Counted from the first letter of the stretch, positions 23,856-34,896 are shown. The stretch: DNA of 64,000 nucleotides from an uncultured Methanoregulaceae archaeon (GCA_963717525.1 OY970343.1:1472001-1536000); one strand, 5' to 3'. The notes: generated by a model from the letters alone, not told the origin. Numbers and translations: made by a program.

Positions 23856-24700
23856 ATGATCCCGGATAGGATCAGGGAACGTTTAAAGATCATCATTGCT
23901 TCCGTAGGAAAACCAAAATCCAGACCTGTGCGCTCCACGCAGGTTTATCCACCACTGCACCGCCGGGAACGGGGATAATCATAATCGCACCCGGGCGGCG
24001 CTCTTCACAGCACGGCACCGGTGAGTCTTCTTTTTGCCCCCATCCGGCAGCGGTTTCCTTTGTACCCTTCAGTATAGGCAACCGGTTCGTACAACGGTCC
24101 GTTGTGGGCTTCCTGCACCTCACACAGAGGCGGAAAAAACGGTGGTGAGGTCGCACCGGCACAGGATTACCGGGGTGATTTTTTGGACCGGGTGGGATCT
24201 TCCTTTTTTGCAACCTTTCCGGGCCGGGGCCGGTCCTCGTGGATGCCATGATCCAGGTTCAGGTCTTTGTTCTCCGGGCCTGTGTGGGGATAATGTCTGG
24301 GTGAGAGTTCCGCCTTTTTCTGCGGGTGATGAGGTGGATGAACGGCGGGAGCTGCCATGGGATGATGGCCACGGTCTTCTGCATGGCGGTTCTTGTCCGG
24401 GCTTGCGGAGCTGCTTTTCCTCTTTATGGGGGACGGTGTGCGTGCTGGTGACATAATCAAGGGTTCATTGCTGAGGGGAGATAAAACCACGCTTGTTACG
24501 GTGTTTTCGATGAGGCGGGCCGGCAGTCCTCCCTATGACCAGACCCTCTCTTTCCCTGGATCAAGATCCTTCTTATTCTTCCCCGTCCTAATGGTCACCG
24601 GAGCAATCGATGAGCCCGGCCCGATCCGTTGTACCCGTGCACTATGTTCCCACAGGCTTTGGCAGCACCGGCTCATCCTGATCTCAATCGGCCCACCCCC

Positions 24701-25213
24701 ATGCCTCACGAGAACCCGGACCAGAATTGCGGCACCTCCAGCCCGGCCCTTCATCCAGCAGACCGGATCCAGAAATTCTTTGTCCGGCCGTTCTTTCTCA
24801 CGCTGACGATCGGCCTCCCGTTCTGCACCTTCAAGGGGCTCTTTGGCCTTGCCGCCATCCGGGCCGGGACACCGTCAGACCCCCTTCTAGCTGGCGTTGG
24901 GTGGCTGGTAGTCACATGGGCCACCATCGATTTTGTCATGAACGCCGTGCGGGCTGCAGGTGACCTCCTGCATATGCCCACCCCACTGGAATATTGCACG
25001 CTTGCCGAGGTAGGAAGGCTGGTGCACCGCCCGCTGGTCTTTCTTGCATGCGATACGCTGCTCTCTTTTTCGATCATCTGCCTGATGCTCTGGTCAGGCT
25101 GGATCACGCAGCAGACACCGGTAGAGACATTCCTGTGGTACTCGGCTACCACGCTCAACCTGATCAGTATCTCGCTTGTATCGCTCTATAATGAAGCAAC
25201 GAGAGCGGCCTGA
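24701..25213 (+). CDS. Hypothetical membrane protein
   Basis: About four hydrophobic helices. Confidence 0.65.
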   Translation: MPHENPDQNCGTSSPALHPADRIQKFFVRPFFLTLTIGLPFCTFKGLFGLAAIRAGTPSDPLLAGVGWLVVTWATIDFVMNAVRAAGDLLHMPTPLEYCTLAEVGRLVHRPLVFLACDTLLSFSIICLMLWSGWITQQTPVETFLWYSATTLNLISISLVSLYNEATRAA

Positions 25214-25271
25214 AACGACACCTCTCTCCAGAAAGCGTCCCTTTCATCTGACCCTGGCAATCGCCCCGTTA

Positions 25272-26082
25272 TCACGGGGTGACCAGGCCATGGCGCAGGT
25301 AATCCACGATCCGGTCCACGACCTCGGGAGCCCGGGGCAGGCTGAAGGTGGCAGTACTGCCCGGCGTCCTTTTCGAGCGCTGCAGGATCGGAAGGCAGGA
25401 TCTCCATGTCCGCACCGGGAAGAACAGAATCTGTACGGGGCACGATGCCATCGCCGGCATAGGTCATTCTCCACCGGCCGCCCGGCTGCAGTTCGCAGGT
25501 CTTCCCTTCAAAACAGGGGAAAAATGAGGGATTATGGGTGATGTTTTCCGCGCAGAGAATCCGGTACCGGATATCGGGGCGGATCCCTTTCATGCGTAGT
25601 GCTGCCATAGTTGCACTCCCCGGACGGCAGGCTTGGACAATGACATCGGCGGCTGGATCAAAATTCCGGGGGATAAAGGTGCCGCATAACCTGCCGGTTA
25701 TCGCCGGCCCTATCACCGGGTCGCAGAAGAGTTCAGCAAGGGATGAGCCGTTGTTGGGCGGGCCGATCGCGATAAGCTGGCGCACCCGTTCATTCCGGGT
25801 GCGGCCATCTGTCACTTCGAAGAGGTAGCGGGCAACGCAGGAGCCTATGGAGTGGCACACCACGTCGATGCTGCCGGTATAATCCTCCTCTTCCCGCCGT
25901 GTGGCGATAAACGCTCCCAGGGCTCCCGCGATCTCTTCCATGGAGGCGCCATCAAGAGAGGTGTAATCGAAGATCCATGCGGGGATGTCCGTTTTGTTGA
26001 GCTGCGGGGTGAGCCGTTTCCAGATACCGGGATGGCTTTTCCAGCCATGGACAAGGACAACAGGAACAGGGAGGGAGGGCAT
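25272..26082 (-). CDS. Lipase/esterase-type alpha/beta hydrolase (probable frameshift near 25350)
   Basis: VLVHGW, VCHSIG, PPNNGS, GDGIVP, catalytic His near the C-terminus. Confidence 0.8.
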
Positions 26083-26272
26083 ATGCAGGAAAATGTGGGG
26101 CTCAGGGAAGCATAGGTTTTGTGGGGCAGGGCCCTCTCTTTCCTGGTGCCTGGGGGGGGGGGGGGGTGGGGTCACCTCACCATTTTTTTAAATCAGCCCC
26201 CACCCGCTCGCGTCCCCTGGGGCACCCCCCACCCCCCTGCGAGTACAGTCACCGTCATAAAATATCGGATTT

Positions 26273-26330
26273 TAGTTAGATGCGCATCTAACTATCAAAT
26301 GTACATCTGATAATAAGATGTACATCTAAC
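26273..26330. repeat. Three tandem palindromes (core AGATGYRCATCT) with a 19-bp period
   Basis: tagttagatgcgcatctaacta / tatcaaatgtacatctgata / taagatgtacatctaa. Confidence 0.85.
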
Positions 26331-27158
26331 TCACTGTTTTCGCGGTTTTGTCTCAGCGAGCAGCAGCGCGAGCTCGCCCGCGGGTGTTATCCGGAAGTAC
26401 TTCTCCCTCCGGCTCTTCTCCGGGCCGGGTTCCTGCCGGATCAGGTTCCCTGCTTCCATTGTAGCAAGAAGGGTGGTAAATGTTCCCTGGCTGAGCCGGG
26501 GGATTGCCGGTCCCTTCCTCGAAGGTGTTGCCGAGCTCCTGACCCCTTTCTTTCTTACCGGCACATAAAATGACTCCAGCTGGGTGTACAGATAGGCACG
26601 GGACAGCAGGCGGGGCGAACGTTCCTGTTTTCCCGGCGCCCGGTAGAGCAGGGCAAGGATCCGCCCGTAGTTCTTGTTGGACTGCATGTTGCCAACCACC
26701 GGGCCTGGTACCGGAAGCAGGGTGGGGCTCCCATCTCTCTTCTGGTCGAAAAATGTATAATATGCCTCACCACCCAGCCAGAGCGAGATCGTAGAGAGTG
26801 CGAGGGAGAGATCCTTGGATCCGGCAGTAAGGTCAAACGAGTACGTTGCAGAAGGGTGCTCAGAAACGATCTTTATGATTGCCTGGACCACGGAATCCAG
26901 CGCAGGCGAACCGATATAGACCAGGTGCGCAGGAATTTTCAGGAACGCGGCGTGGGTTCTCAGGTGATTGACCGCTTCGCGCGCCGCGGTTTTGTACGCC
27001 TTTGCCCTTTCGTTGTCGCGGACTAAATTGGTATAGAGATCGGTATCAGCAAAAACATACGTATGCGTGATCTTCTGCAGATCCCGGACTGCTGCCGCGT
27101 AAACCTCGTGGATATGCTCTCCTGCACTGACGATATGGATATGCTCCTGCCGGTCCAT
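26331..27158 (-). CDS. CARF-like Rossmann domain plus winged-HTH regulator (DUF6293/Csa3-like)
   Basis: N-terminal HIVSAG strand, FDLTAGSK motif, C-terminal LSQGTF...YFRITPAGE wing. Confidence 0.7.
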   Translation of the reverse strand: MDRQEHIHIVSAGEHIHEVYAAAVRDLQKITHTYVFADTDLYTNLVRDNERAKAYKTAAREAVNHLRTHAAFLKIPAHLVYIGSPALDSVVQAIIKIVSEHPSATYSFDLTAGSKDLSLALSTISLWLGGEAYYTFFDQKRDGSPTLLPVPGPVVGNMQSNKNYGRILALLYRAPGKQERSPRLLSRAYLYTQLESFYVPVRKKGVRSSATPSRKGPAIPRLSQGTFTTLLATMEAGNLIRQEPGPEKSRREKYFRITPAGELALLLAETKPRKQ

Positions 27159-27281
27159 GAGGAAGATCGGGAACCGGATTATAAAGTGTTGTCCGTTGGC
27201 AGCCCGGGAAGTGCCCTCCGGTTTCCGGGCGGTTCTCCGGCAGGCCCGGGTTTATACGCTGTTACATGCCACGTGTTCACC

Positions 27282-27752
27282 ATGCGAATGCCGTTTCTCG
27301 TGCCGGTCCTTATCGCCATTGTTATGGTAACGGGCTGTACCGCAACGGCCCCATACATTCCCGGCGCACAACAGCCCCTGAGCCTGAACCAGCAGGCACA
27401 ATTTGAGAACAACGGGTATGCATTTGATGCAGGGATCGACAAAATCGACATCCAGGACGCTCAGACAATAGTCGTGACACTCACCATAGTAAATACGGGG
27501 ACGCAGGGACTGACACTCTCTGCAATGCCCTCGCTCAATGACCCGGTTGGCGAAGCATATCCCGGCCAGGCGATCTTTTTCAGCCAGATCGCACCCAATC
27601 ACCAGTCTACCCAGAAAGGGACCATCTCCATTCCCGTGGGTACCCTCGACCAGCTCGGTCAGGGATCGACCCTCACAATCCGGTTCCAGGGTACCTCACC
27701 GGTTCCCTACGAGACCACATGGAGCATCGATCTCACCAACCTGCCGAAATAA
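27282..27752 (+). CDS. Putative lipoprotein with Ig-like domain
   Basis: Signal peptide ending VTGC; beta-rich sequence. Confidence 0.7.
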   Translation: MRMPFLVPVLIAIVMVTGCTATAPYIPGAQQPLSLNQQAQFENNGYAFDAGIDKIDIQDAQTIVVTLTIVNTGTQGLTLSAMPSLNDPVGEAYPGQAIFFSQIAPNHQSTQKGTISIPVGTLDQLGQGSTLTIRFQGTSPVPYETTWSIDLTNLPK

Positions 27753-27787
27753 ACTGCACCTGGATGCAGGATCGGCAGAAAAAAGGT

Positions 27788-28276
27788 TTACAACGGCGAA
27801 TCGTCACCGAGCGATTCCCTGCTCCGCATCTGGTAGAGCACCATCGGGTCCATCTCCTTGTAATCGGCGGGGCTCGTCCTCATAATGACCCGGCTGATTC
27901 CGCTGTTGACGATCATCTTGGAACACAGGAAGCATGGCCAGATCTGCGTGAGGTCCCCGGTGGAGACATCGAACCCCGCGAGGTAAAGGGTGCATCCCCG
28001 GGCAAGTTTTCCTGCCTGGAGCATCGCGTTCATCTCCGCGTGAACACTCCTGCACCGTTCGTAGTTGGAGCCCGAGGGGATGTTGTGCTCTTTCCTCCAG
28101 CAGTGTTTGAGTTCAGTACAGTCCATCTGTTTGCGCGGGGCGCCGGTGTAACCGGTGGATACAATCGTATTGTATTCATCAACAATGATTGCGCCGAAGT
28201 TGCGCCGCAGGCAGGTACCCTGGTTGGCACACCGCTGCGCGAGGTCGAGGAAATACTGGTGCCTGTTGGTTCGCAT
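27788..28276 (-). CDS. dCMP/cytidine deaminase family (ComEB-like)
   Basis: HAEMNA and PCFLC zinc motifs. Confidence 0.9.
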   Translation of the reverse strand: MRTNRHQYFLDLAQRCANQGTCLRRNFGAIIVDEYNTIVSTGYTGAPRKQMDCTELKHCWRKEHNIPSGSNYERCRSVHAEMNAMLQAGKLARGCTLYLAGFDVSTGDLTQIWPCFLCSKMIVNSGISRVIMRTSPADYKEMDPMVLYQMRSRESLGDDSPL

Positions 28277-28334
28277 TCAAGGAAATATGACCAGCCCCGG
28301 TATTAAAGGATCAGGGTTCCGGTTTCCGGGATAC

Positions 28335-28628
28335 TCAAACTGAGGGGAGAACAAGAGCACCAGCCACGTACAGGATTCCTGCGATATGAAGGAGCATAAA
28401 GACCGGTACCAGGTAAAACTTCATTTTCTGGGTTTTGTGCCGGAAGAGAAGCATCGCCCCGTATGCGCCGAAGGGTCCACAGAGCGCCGCACCAAGGAGG
28501 GTGTATTCTGGAATCCTCCAGCCACCCGCACGGGCTGTATGTTTGTCGTACCCGTACAGGCAGAATAAAACGCCGTTTACGAGCGCATAAACTGCGATGG
28601 CGGCAGGTGCAGGAGGGACAGGGATCAT
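28335..28628 (-). CDS. DUF1294 membrane protein
   Basis: YGYDK, WRIPE and FRHKTQK motifs. Confidence 0.85.
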   Translation of the reverse strand: MIPVPPAPAAIAVYALVNGVLFCLYGYDKHTARAGGWRIPEYTLLGAALCGPFGAYGAMLLFRHKTQKMKFYLVPVFMLLHIAGILYVAGALVLPSV

Positions 28629-28839
28629 ACCAGTACCAGTTTTCGCGTGGCTGGATTTAGGGTTTGAGCCGGATCCTGCCGGCACGAAAGAGAGGTGAGG
28701 TATCTCTGCGCAGGGTAATGGCAGGAAAAGCGGCCCAGCATCCAACCATAGAAGGTACTATCAACAATGCAGGGCAGCCGTTCACTTTCTCCCTGCACAC
28801 CTCCTGTCTTTAATACCCGTGAACCGATCTTCCTCTCAT

Positions 28840-30052
28840 ATGATCATCGGTAAAGGGGCATATCTCCGGCAGCTGACTGCGGCGACGACCCAAATGAGAT
28901 CGGTGGAGGTGGGAAAGGAGATGACCGGCGAGCTCTCCGCCCTCGGTCTTTATCGGCAGCTGGAACTACCCGGATGTGCTTCCCGGCCCGATGATCGCAC
29001 CGGTCCACGGGGACACCAGAATCATGGACCGGCCCGAGGAGTGGATTTGCGGCAACCTGACCCAGGATGAGATCATCGGGTACCGGATGAACCTTGTCCG
29101 GGGCAAGCGCATGACCAATGCCGGTGACCTTGGCAACCGGTTCGTGGAGAAACTCCAGGAGATCGTCCTTGCCAACGGTTCGATCGAGAGCGAGGCTGCA
29201 TTCGAAAGCGCGCCGGCCGGTCTTTCATTTTCAGAAGAGCATACCCCATTTGGGCCGAGTGCCCCGCTGGAACGGTTCGAGATCGAGGCAAAGCGCTGGG
29301 ATCCATCCCTTGAAAAGGTCTTTTATGATACTGACCTGACAGCCCGCAATGCTGTGCTCGACCTGCACCGTTCGGGTCTTGCGTTCTCCAGTATCCAGAA
29401 GGCATTCTCGGCCGGGACGATGGGGCGGGGGCCCCGCCGGCGCCTCGTTCCTACCCGGTGGTCGATCACCGCATGCGATACGATGATCGGGGACCGGCTC
29501 CTCTCCGAGGTAAAAAAGTGCCCGGTGATCGATACCATCAGGATGCATGAATTCGCGAGCCTTCACAACCGGTACGCGGTGATCCTGCTGCCGACAGCGT
29601 GGGAGTACGAGTGGACCGAGGCATTCCTTCACGTGCTCGGGACCGAGGAATATGTCTTCTCGGATCATGAGGGGTTCAGGGGAAAGACAGGCTATTCACC
29701 TCTGGGCGGGTGCTACTATTCCTGCAAGATGAGTGTGCTCGAGGCGCTTGCACGGGAGCACAGGCAGGCTGGTGCCATCATCCTGCGCGAGGCGCTGCCC
29801 GGGTACGTACCCATGGGCGTGTTCAACGTTCGGGAGAATGTCAGGAGCGCGATGCGAGAACCGGCAACAGAGTTCGAAGACCTCAGGTCTGCCCTTGCAC
29901 GTATCTCTGCAACCTTTACCCTCCCGGTCCAGCGATTTATCACAGAAACCACACTCCTCCGGGAAAGCCTCAGGCAGCGGCAATGCACCCTGAGCGATTT
30001 TGCTGTTTCCCCGGTGAAAAGGGGTTTCGCACCGGAGGCCTCTGCACGGTAA
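28840..30052 (+). CDS. Nre-family archaeal DNA repair protein (5' frameshifts)
   Basis: [33 protein letters not shown]-terminal PIP-like QCTLSDF. Confidence 0.85.
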
Positions 30053-30093
30053 CGGGAGCCCGCTCCACGGATATCACAAGGGGTAACGGATTC

Positions 30094-31193
30094 ATGACAG
30101 GCATTATAGCGGTTAACCCAACCCCCCGGATCATCCTGCACGCCGACATGGACTGTTTCTATGCAGCCGTCGAGATGCACGACCACCCGCAGTATGCAGC
30201 CCTACCGGTCGTGGTCGGTGCCGATCCCCAGGGGGGCACCGGCAGGGGTGTCGTTTCTACCTGCTCGTACGAGGCCCGGGCATATGGTATCCGGTCAGCG
30301 ATGCCTATATCGCACGCATACCGGCTCTGTCCAGATGCCATCTTCCTCCGCCCCCGGATGATCCGGTATGGGGAAGTGTCTGAAGAGATCATGACTATCC
30401 TCAGACTCACCGGGGTTCCGGTTCGAGCAGGTGAGCATCGATGAGGCATTTCTGGACCTGAGCCCTGCCCGGCAGTTTTTCGGAGGCACGGGAACTGGCA
30501 GAAGAGCTGAAACGGGAGATCCGCGCCCGGTGCGGGATCACCTGTTCGCTCGGGCTTGCCCCGACAAAACTGGTCGCAAAGATCGCTTCGGATTTCAAAA
30601 AACCTGATGGCCTGACCGTTGTCGAACCAGCAGATGTACCGGGGTTTCTCGCACCGCTGCCGGTCCGCAGGATCCCCGGGATCGGGTTTAAGACCGAGAA
30701 GGAACTGCAGGTACTGGGAATACATACCATAGGCGACCTTGCCGCATACAACATCCAGGGCCTTCTCGGGCGCTTCGGGCGCTCCGCAGTGGGACTGCAC
30801 GAGGCAGCTCTTGGTGTTGACGGAAGCGAAGTCACGGAGCGCGACGGTATAAAATCCGTCTCAAAAGAGACGACCTTCGGGCAGGATACCGGAGATCCCG
30901 ACGAGATTATCGCCACCATGGACGCCCTCATCGGAGAAGTGTACCGCTCCCTCACTGAAGAAAAAATCTATTTTAAGACCATTACCGTCAGGGTACGTTT
31001 CGAGGGATTTGAGACAAAAACAAAGGCAAAAACCATTCTTCATTACCATAACGACGAGGAGACAATCCGGGGATGTGCCCATGAACTGCTCCGCGAACTC
31101 TTCTGCGGCAGGAAAATCCGGCGGTTGGGCCTGCGGCTCTCGGGACTGAAACGGCAGGACGCCCGGCAGCAGACTGCTTTTTGGCCAGGATGA
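30094..31193 (+). CDS. dinB: Y-family DNA polymerase IV (frameshifts at ~30420 and ~30470)
   Basis: [40 protein letters not shown]. Confidence 0.92.
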
Positions 31194-31296
31194 CTAAAAA
31201 AAGGGAGGGCAAACGAGGGGAGGAACGCAAAAACTGATTAAAAAGGATTCCGAAGGGGGATGCGGGAACCTGGCACTTCCACGGGACACGTTTTTT

Positions 31297-32067
31297 TCAG
31301 GAATCGCCAGGAGGTTCCGCCACTGCAGGTTCCGGGGAGGGTGTGCATGTTGCCGGTGGAAGGAGGCCGAGGACAACCAGTGAGAGGCCGGCAACGACTA
31401 ATGCCCCGAAGAGGGGCAGATACGGATTACCTGAAAAGAACGTTTCGAAGAGGGGGTAGATCATGAACGCAAGAGCAAAAAGGAGGGTGCCGGCAAGGGC
31501 CTTTAGGTTATCGCGAGGCACGTGGTTGAGTCCCGTAATGATGATCGAACCGCTGGCAAAGAAGTAGAGGAGGATCATCAGTGTCTGCCGGGAGATGTCC
31601 TCTGTGACGAGAATGGCAAGCGGAATGACGAGCGTCAGGAGCAGGATCGCAAACAGGATCAGTCCCCGGACCTGCCTTTCCGGGAAGAGACGGGAATAAG
31701 CCGAGGAGAGGAGCAGGATTGAAGCGACGAATCCCATATCGATAAGGCCGGGGAAGGTGAAGGTGCCAGCCCCGGTAAGGACTGTAGCATACCACGCAAT
31801 GTTTGCGACGCCACAAAGGGCAAATGCCCCGGCTGCATAGAGCAGGCCGGTCCCGCACCGGTCCCGGAACCAGAGATAGAAGAATACAGCGGCTCCGGCA
31901 AAGGCTGTACAAATTTCGAGATCCGTAGCAAGCGAAAGGTAGTTGGCAGAGGGGAGAACAAAAAGCGCGAGGGCGAGGGCGGCTGCCACGCCAAGAACTC
32001 CCTCAAAAAGCCCGGAAAGAAAAGTGAGTACGGGGTCCTGAGGCGGCGGAAGGGAGAATGAGGGCAT
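31297..32067 (-). CDS. Hypothetical polytopic membrane protein
   Basis: About eight hydrophobic helices. Confidence 0.7.
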   Translation of the reverse strand: MPSFSLPPPQDPVLTFLSGLFEGVLGVAAALALALFVLPSANYLSLATDLEICTAFAGAAVFFYLWFRDRCGTGLLYAAGAFALCGVANIAWYATVLTGAGTFTFPGLIDMGFVASILLLSSAYSRLFPERQVRGLILFAILLLTLVIPLAILVTEDISRQTLMILLYFFASGSIIITGLNHVPRDNLKALAGTLLFALAFMIYPLFETFFSGNPYLPLFGALVVAGLSLVVLGLLPPATCTPSPEPAVAEPPGDS

Positions 32068-32200
32068 ATATTCCGGGTAGGATGCATAACGGGAAAAACA
32101 TACGTAAATGCACTCGAAAAACCTGCGGCAGGAACGGGCTGGTGCACTGATGGATACGTTAATTATTCGCAACGTCGTTTATATATGTGGAGTTGTTGGC

Positions 32201-32548
32201 ATCACCGATAATACCAAGAAAAAAAGCGACAGTACCGAAATCGGGGCGGCAGACGGTGTGAATCCCGACGGTACTCCGTTCGTCCGGGTCAGGCTGCCAA
32301 AAAAATGGAATAATGAGATGTTTGGTTCCGCCGATCTGATGATGGGAGCAAACCACATACGGGTGCGATGTTTTGACGGGGTCACCCGGATGGGACGGAT
32401 CAAAGGGAAGATAAAAAAGCGCGTCTGGATCCGGGAAGGAGATACCCTGATTATAGTCCCGTGGAGTTTCCAGGACGACAAGTGCGATATTATCTACCGG
32501 TATCTCCCTCCCCAGGTTGACTGGCTGCGGAAGAACCGGTACCTGTAA
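32201..32548 (+). CDS. eif1a: Translation initiation factor aIF-1A (start codon uncertain)
   Basis: RCFDGVTRMGRIKGKIKKRVWIREGD and DIIYRY motifs. Confidence 0.92.
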   Translation: MTDNTKKKSDSTEIGAADGVNPDGTPFVRVRLPKKWNNEMFGSADLMMGANHIRVRCFDGVTRMGRIKGKIKKRVWIREGDTLIIVPWSFQDDKCDIIYRYLPPQVDWLRKNRYL

Positions 32549-32633
32549 TCTTTTTTCGCGATGTTTTTTTTGCCCACCGGAAATCCTGCCGATGCGGGCC
32601 CCGATAATCTTATGAAAACTATTCCTCCGGTTT

Positions 32634-33701
32634 TCAGCCCGCCCACACACGCTCCCAGAGCATCACGACAATCTCGAACGCGATCAGGAGGATCACCACC
32701 CATTCGAGGAAATTCGAGTGCTGGATCCTGACCTCATCGGAAAGCATCGAATAGTTCTCGCGTATCACATTGATCTTCCGGCTCACGCTCTCGCTCCATT
32801 GGCCGCTCCTGAGAATCTTTAATGCGGCCGCATAGACCCGGGCGTAGTAAACGTCCTCGGTCACCTTGATCAGGTTATCGACTTTTTCAATAGTCTCCGA
32901 GATCTCAGCGGACGTCTTCATCTGGTGGCTCATAATGGCATGGTACTTGCGGCTCCGGGCAAACCAGAACAGCCGGTCCGCGTACTCGATATCATCGTAC
33001 ATCCTCGCCATCTCGCGGGTGAGCTCCCGGTCATAATACCGGAGTTCGAGCACCTGCACGTTTGCAAACTCGATGAGATCGATGAGATCCGTCGGGCTCT
33101 CAGGACCGCACAACAGGGCGGAATCCCAGGAGATCACCGCAAGATCCTCATCCGAGTAACTGAGGGAATTTTTTATAATATCCTCCCGTACCTGGGACGA
33201 GACACGGGTCCGGTCAGCAAGGAGCAGGGGTACCGGGTCAATTGTATCGTCCCGCCGGTCGGTCACATAGATCGTATAGTCTTCGTAGAAGTCCGTGTCT
33301 ATGGCAAAATTCCTGATATGTGGCCTGATGATCTCCCCAAGCGTCGTAAGATACTGGATGAAGAATTCCGAAAGCCCTTCCTGACCGGCGAACCGGAACG
33401 CAACGTCCTCGAGCGCGTGGCGATCTGCCTGCTGGTCCTCGTAGATGAAACAGAGGCTGATAACCCCGATGTCATAGACCCGGGCCACCGCGGAAAATTC
33501 AAACGAACGGCCCTCCCGTTCCACCAGGATCGGCAGCATGCGAATCAGGAGAGGAGACGACTCGATCATGATGGACTTGGGCTTGACCCGGACAAAACTG
33601 GTACGGGCCGTAAAATAATTCTGGGCCAGAGACTTTTCCAGCCAGTCGATATCGAGCTCCCGGCCGATATCATAGATGCGATAAAACCGGAGTGAAATCA
33701 T
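32634..33701 (-). CDS. RMD1/DUF155-like protein with C-terminal TM helix
   Basis: Helical body ending LEWVVILLIAFEI. Confidence 0.7.
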   Translation of the reverse strand: MISLRFYRIYDIGRELDIDWLEKSLAQNYFTARTSFVRVKPKSIMIESSPLLIRMLPILVEREGRSFEFSAVARVYDIGVISLCFIYEDQQADRHALEDVAFRFAGQEGLSEFFIQYLTTLGEIIRPHIRNFAIDTDFYEDYTIYVTDRRDDTIDPVPLLLADRTRVSSQVREDIIKNSLSYSDEDLAVISWDSALLCGPESPTDLIDLIEFANVQVLELRYYDRELTREMARMYDDIEYADRLFWFARSRKYHAIMSHQMKTSAEISETIEKVDNLIKVTEDVYYARVYAAALKILRSGQWSESVSRKINVIRENYSMLSDEVRIQHSNFLEWVVILLIAFEIVVMLWERVWAG

Positions 33702-33895
33702 ACCTCGCGCTCCTGAGGGGGAAAAACCCGTGGTATGGGAGTACCATTGTGCCCGAAGCACGATAAAACCTTATACGGTCGCAGTGAACAGGTCCGGAAC
33801 CACTGCAGGGTGGATCGATGGTGACAGCCCCCCGTTTTCATCCGCCGCGGTGCTTTATTATCCCGGCAGCGCAAACCAACGATGGAGAGATTGGA

Positions 33896-34108
33896 ATGAT
33901 TGCTGATTTTCTGTCCATCGGCATGGTAACGGTCATCGGGCTCATGGCAGGTACTGCAATCGGCCTGTTTATCGGATACCTCGTAAAGACGCAGAGAACC
34001 TGCTGGGCAGACATGACCGGGCGTGAAAAAACGATCAATATCGCTCTTATCGTTATCTGTTCTGCGATCTGTATTGCCGGGCTCGCATGGCGTTTTCTCC
34101 TGAACTAA
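33896..34108 (+). CDS. Small two-TM membrane protein
   Basis: Two hydrophobic helices; GGAGA upstream. Confidence 0.6.
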   Translation: MIADFLSIGMVTVIGLMAGTAIGLFIGYLVKTQRTCWADMTGREKTINIALIVICSAICIAGLAWRFLLN

Positions 34109-34263
34109 ATGTCCCATCTACCACGACTGATCTATACTTCAGCCGCTTCCGGGGCAGTGCGCTTTATAGAAGCGGCACATCTTCGCGGTGACAGATTGAT
34201 GATGCCGGACATGCAACAGGAAACGGTACATGCGGTAACAGAAACAGCGGGAGAGGCAGGCAC

Positions 34264-34896
34264 GTGGATACCGGACCGTTTATCAATGGCATCATCATCG
34301 GCGTTGCATTAGCGGCACCGGTGGGACCGATAGCATTCGTGTGCATCCAGCGCTCGCTTGCTTATGGACGCCTTCACGGTATCACCTCCGGGCTCGGTAT
34401 TGCCACTGCCGATGCCTTTTATGCGGCGGTGACGGCATTCGGCCTTGCGCTCATCTCCGACTTCCTGCTCGCCCGCCAGTGGTTTTTCCGTTTGTTCGGC
34501 GGGCTTGCCCTGATCGCTGTGGGAATCCGGATTGTCCTCGCCGCCCCACCAGAGATAACCCCCACTCCCGAGAATGAGTCCTATATCTCCGATTATTCCA
34601 CGATGCTTGCCATCACACTTGCAAACCCGCTCACCATCGTCTTCTTTACCATCATTATCCCGGGCTTCGGGGTGGTGATCAGCGGAAATACCGGGATCAC
34701 CCCCGCGATCTTTGTCATTGGCGTCTTCCTTGGAGAGATGGGCTGGTGGATCTTCCTCTGCGGGACGCTGGGTTCCATGCGGGACTACCTGACCCGGGAG
34801 CGCCTCCACCTGATCAACCGGCTCGCCGGTCTTGTGATCACCGCATTCGGGGCGGTGCTGATCGCCTCCCTGTTCCTGACAAGCGATATTACCTGA
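34264..34896 (+). CDS. LysE-family translocator
   Basis: APVGP, GLGIATADAFY, ANPLTI motifs. Confidence 0.9.
   Translation: MDTGPFINGIIIGVALAAPVGPIAFVCIQRSLAYGRLHGITSGLGIATADAFYAAVTAFGLALISDFLLARQWFFRLFGGLALIAVGIRIVLAAPPEITPTPENESYISDYSTMLAITLANPLTIVFFTIIIPGFGVVISGNTGITPAIFVIGVFLGEMGWWIFLCGTLGSMRDYLTRERLHLINRLAGLVITAFGAVLIASLFLTSDIT

Noticed and set aside
23893..24490. Low-complexity ORFs on both strands
   Set aside because: No recognisable motif; a His/Pro/Lys-rich minus-strand peptide is possible but unsupported
27788..28276. Anti-phage dCTP deaminase
   Set aside because: Short stand-alone ComEB-like deaminase with no kinase domain; more likely housekeeping
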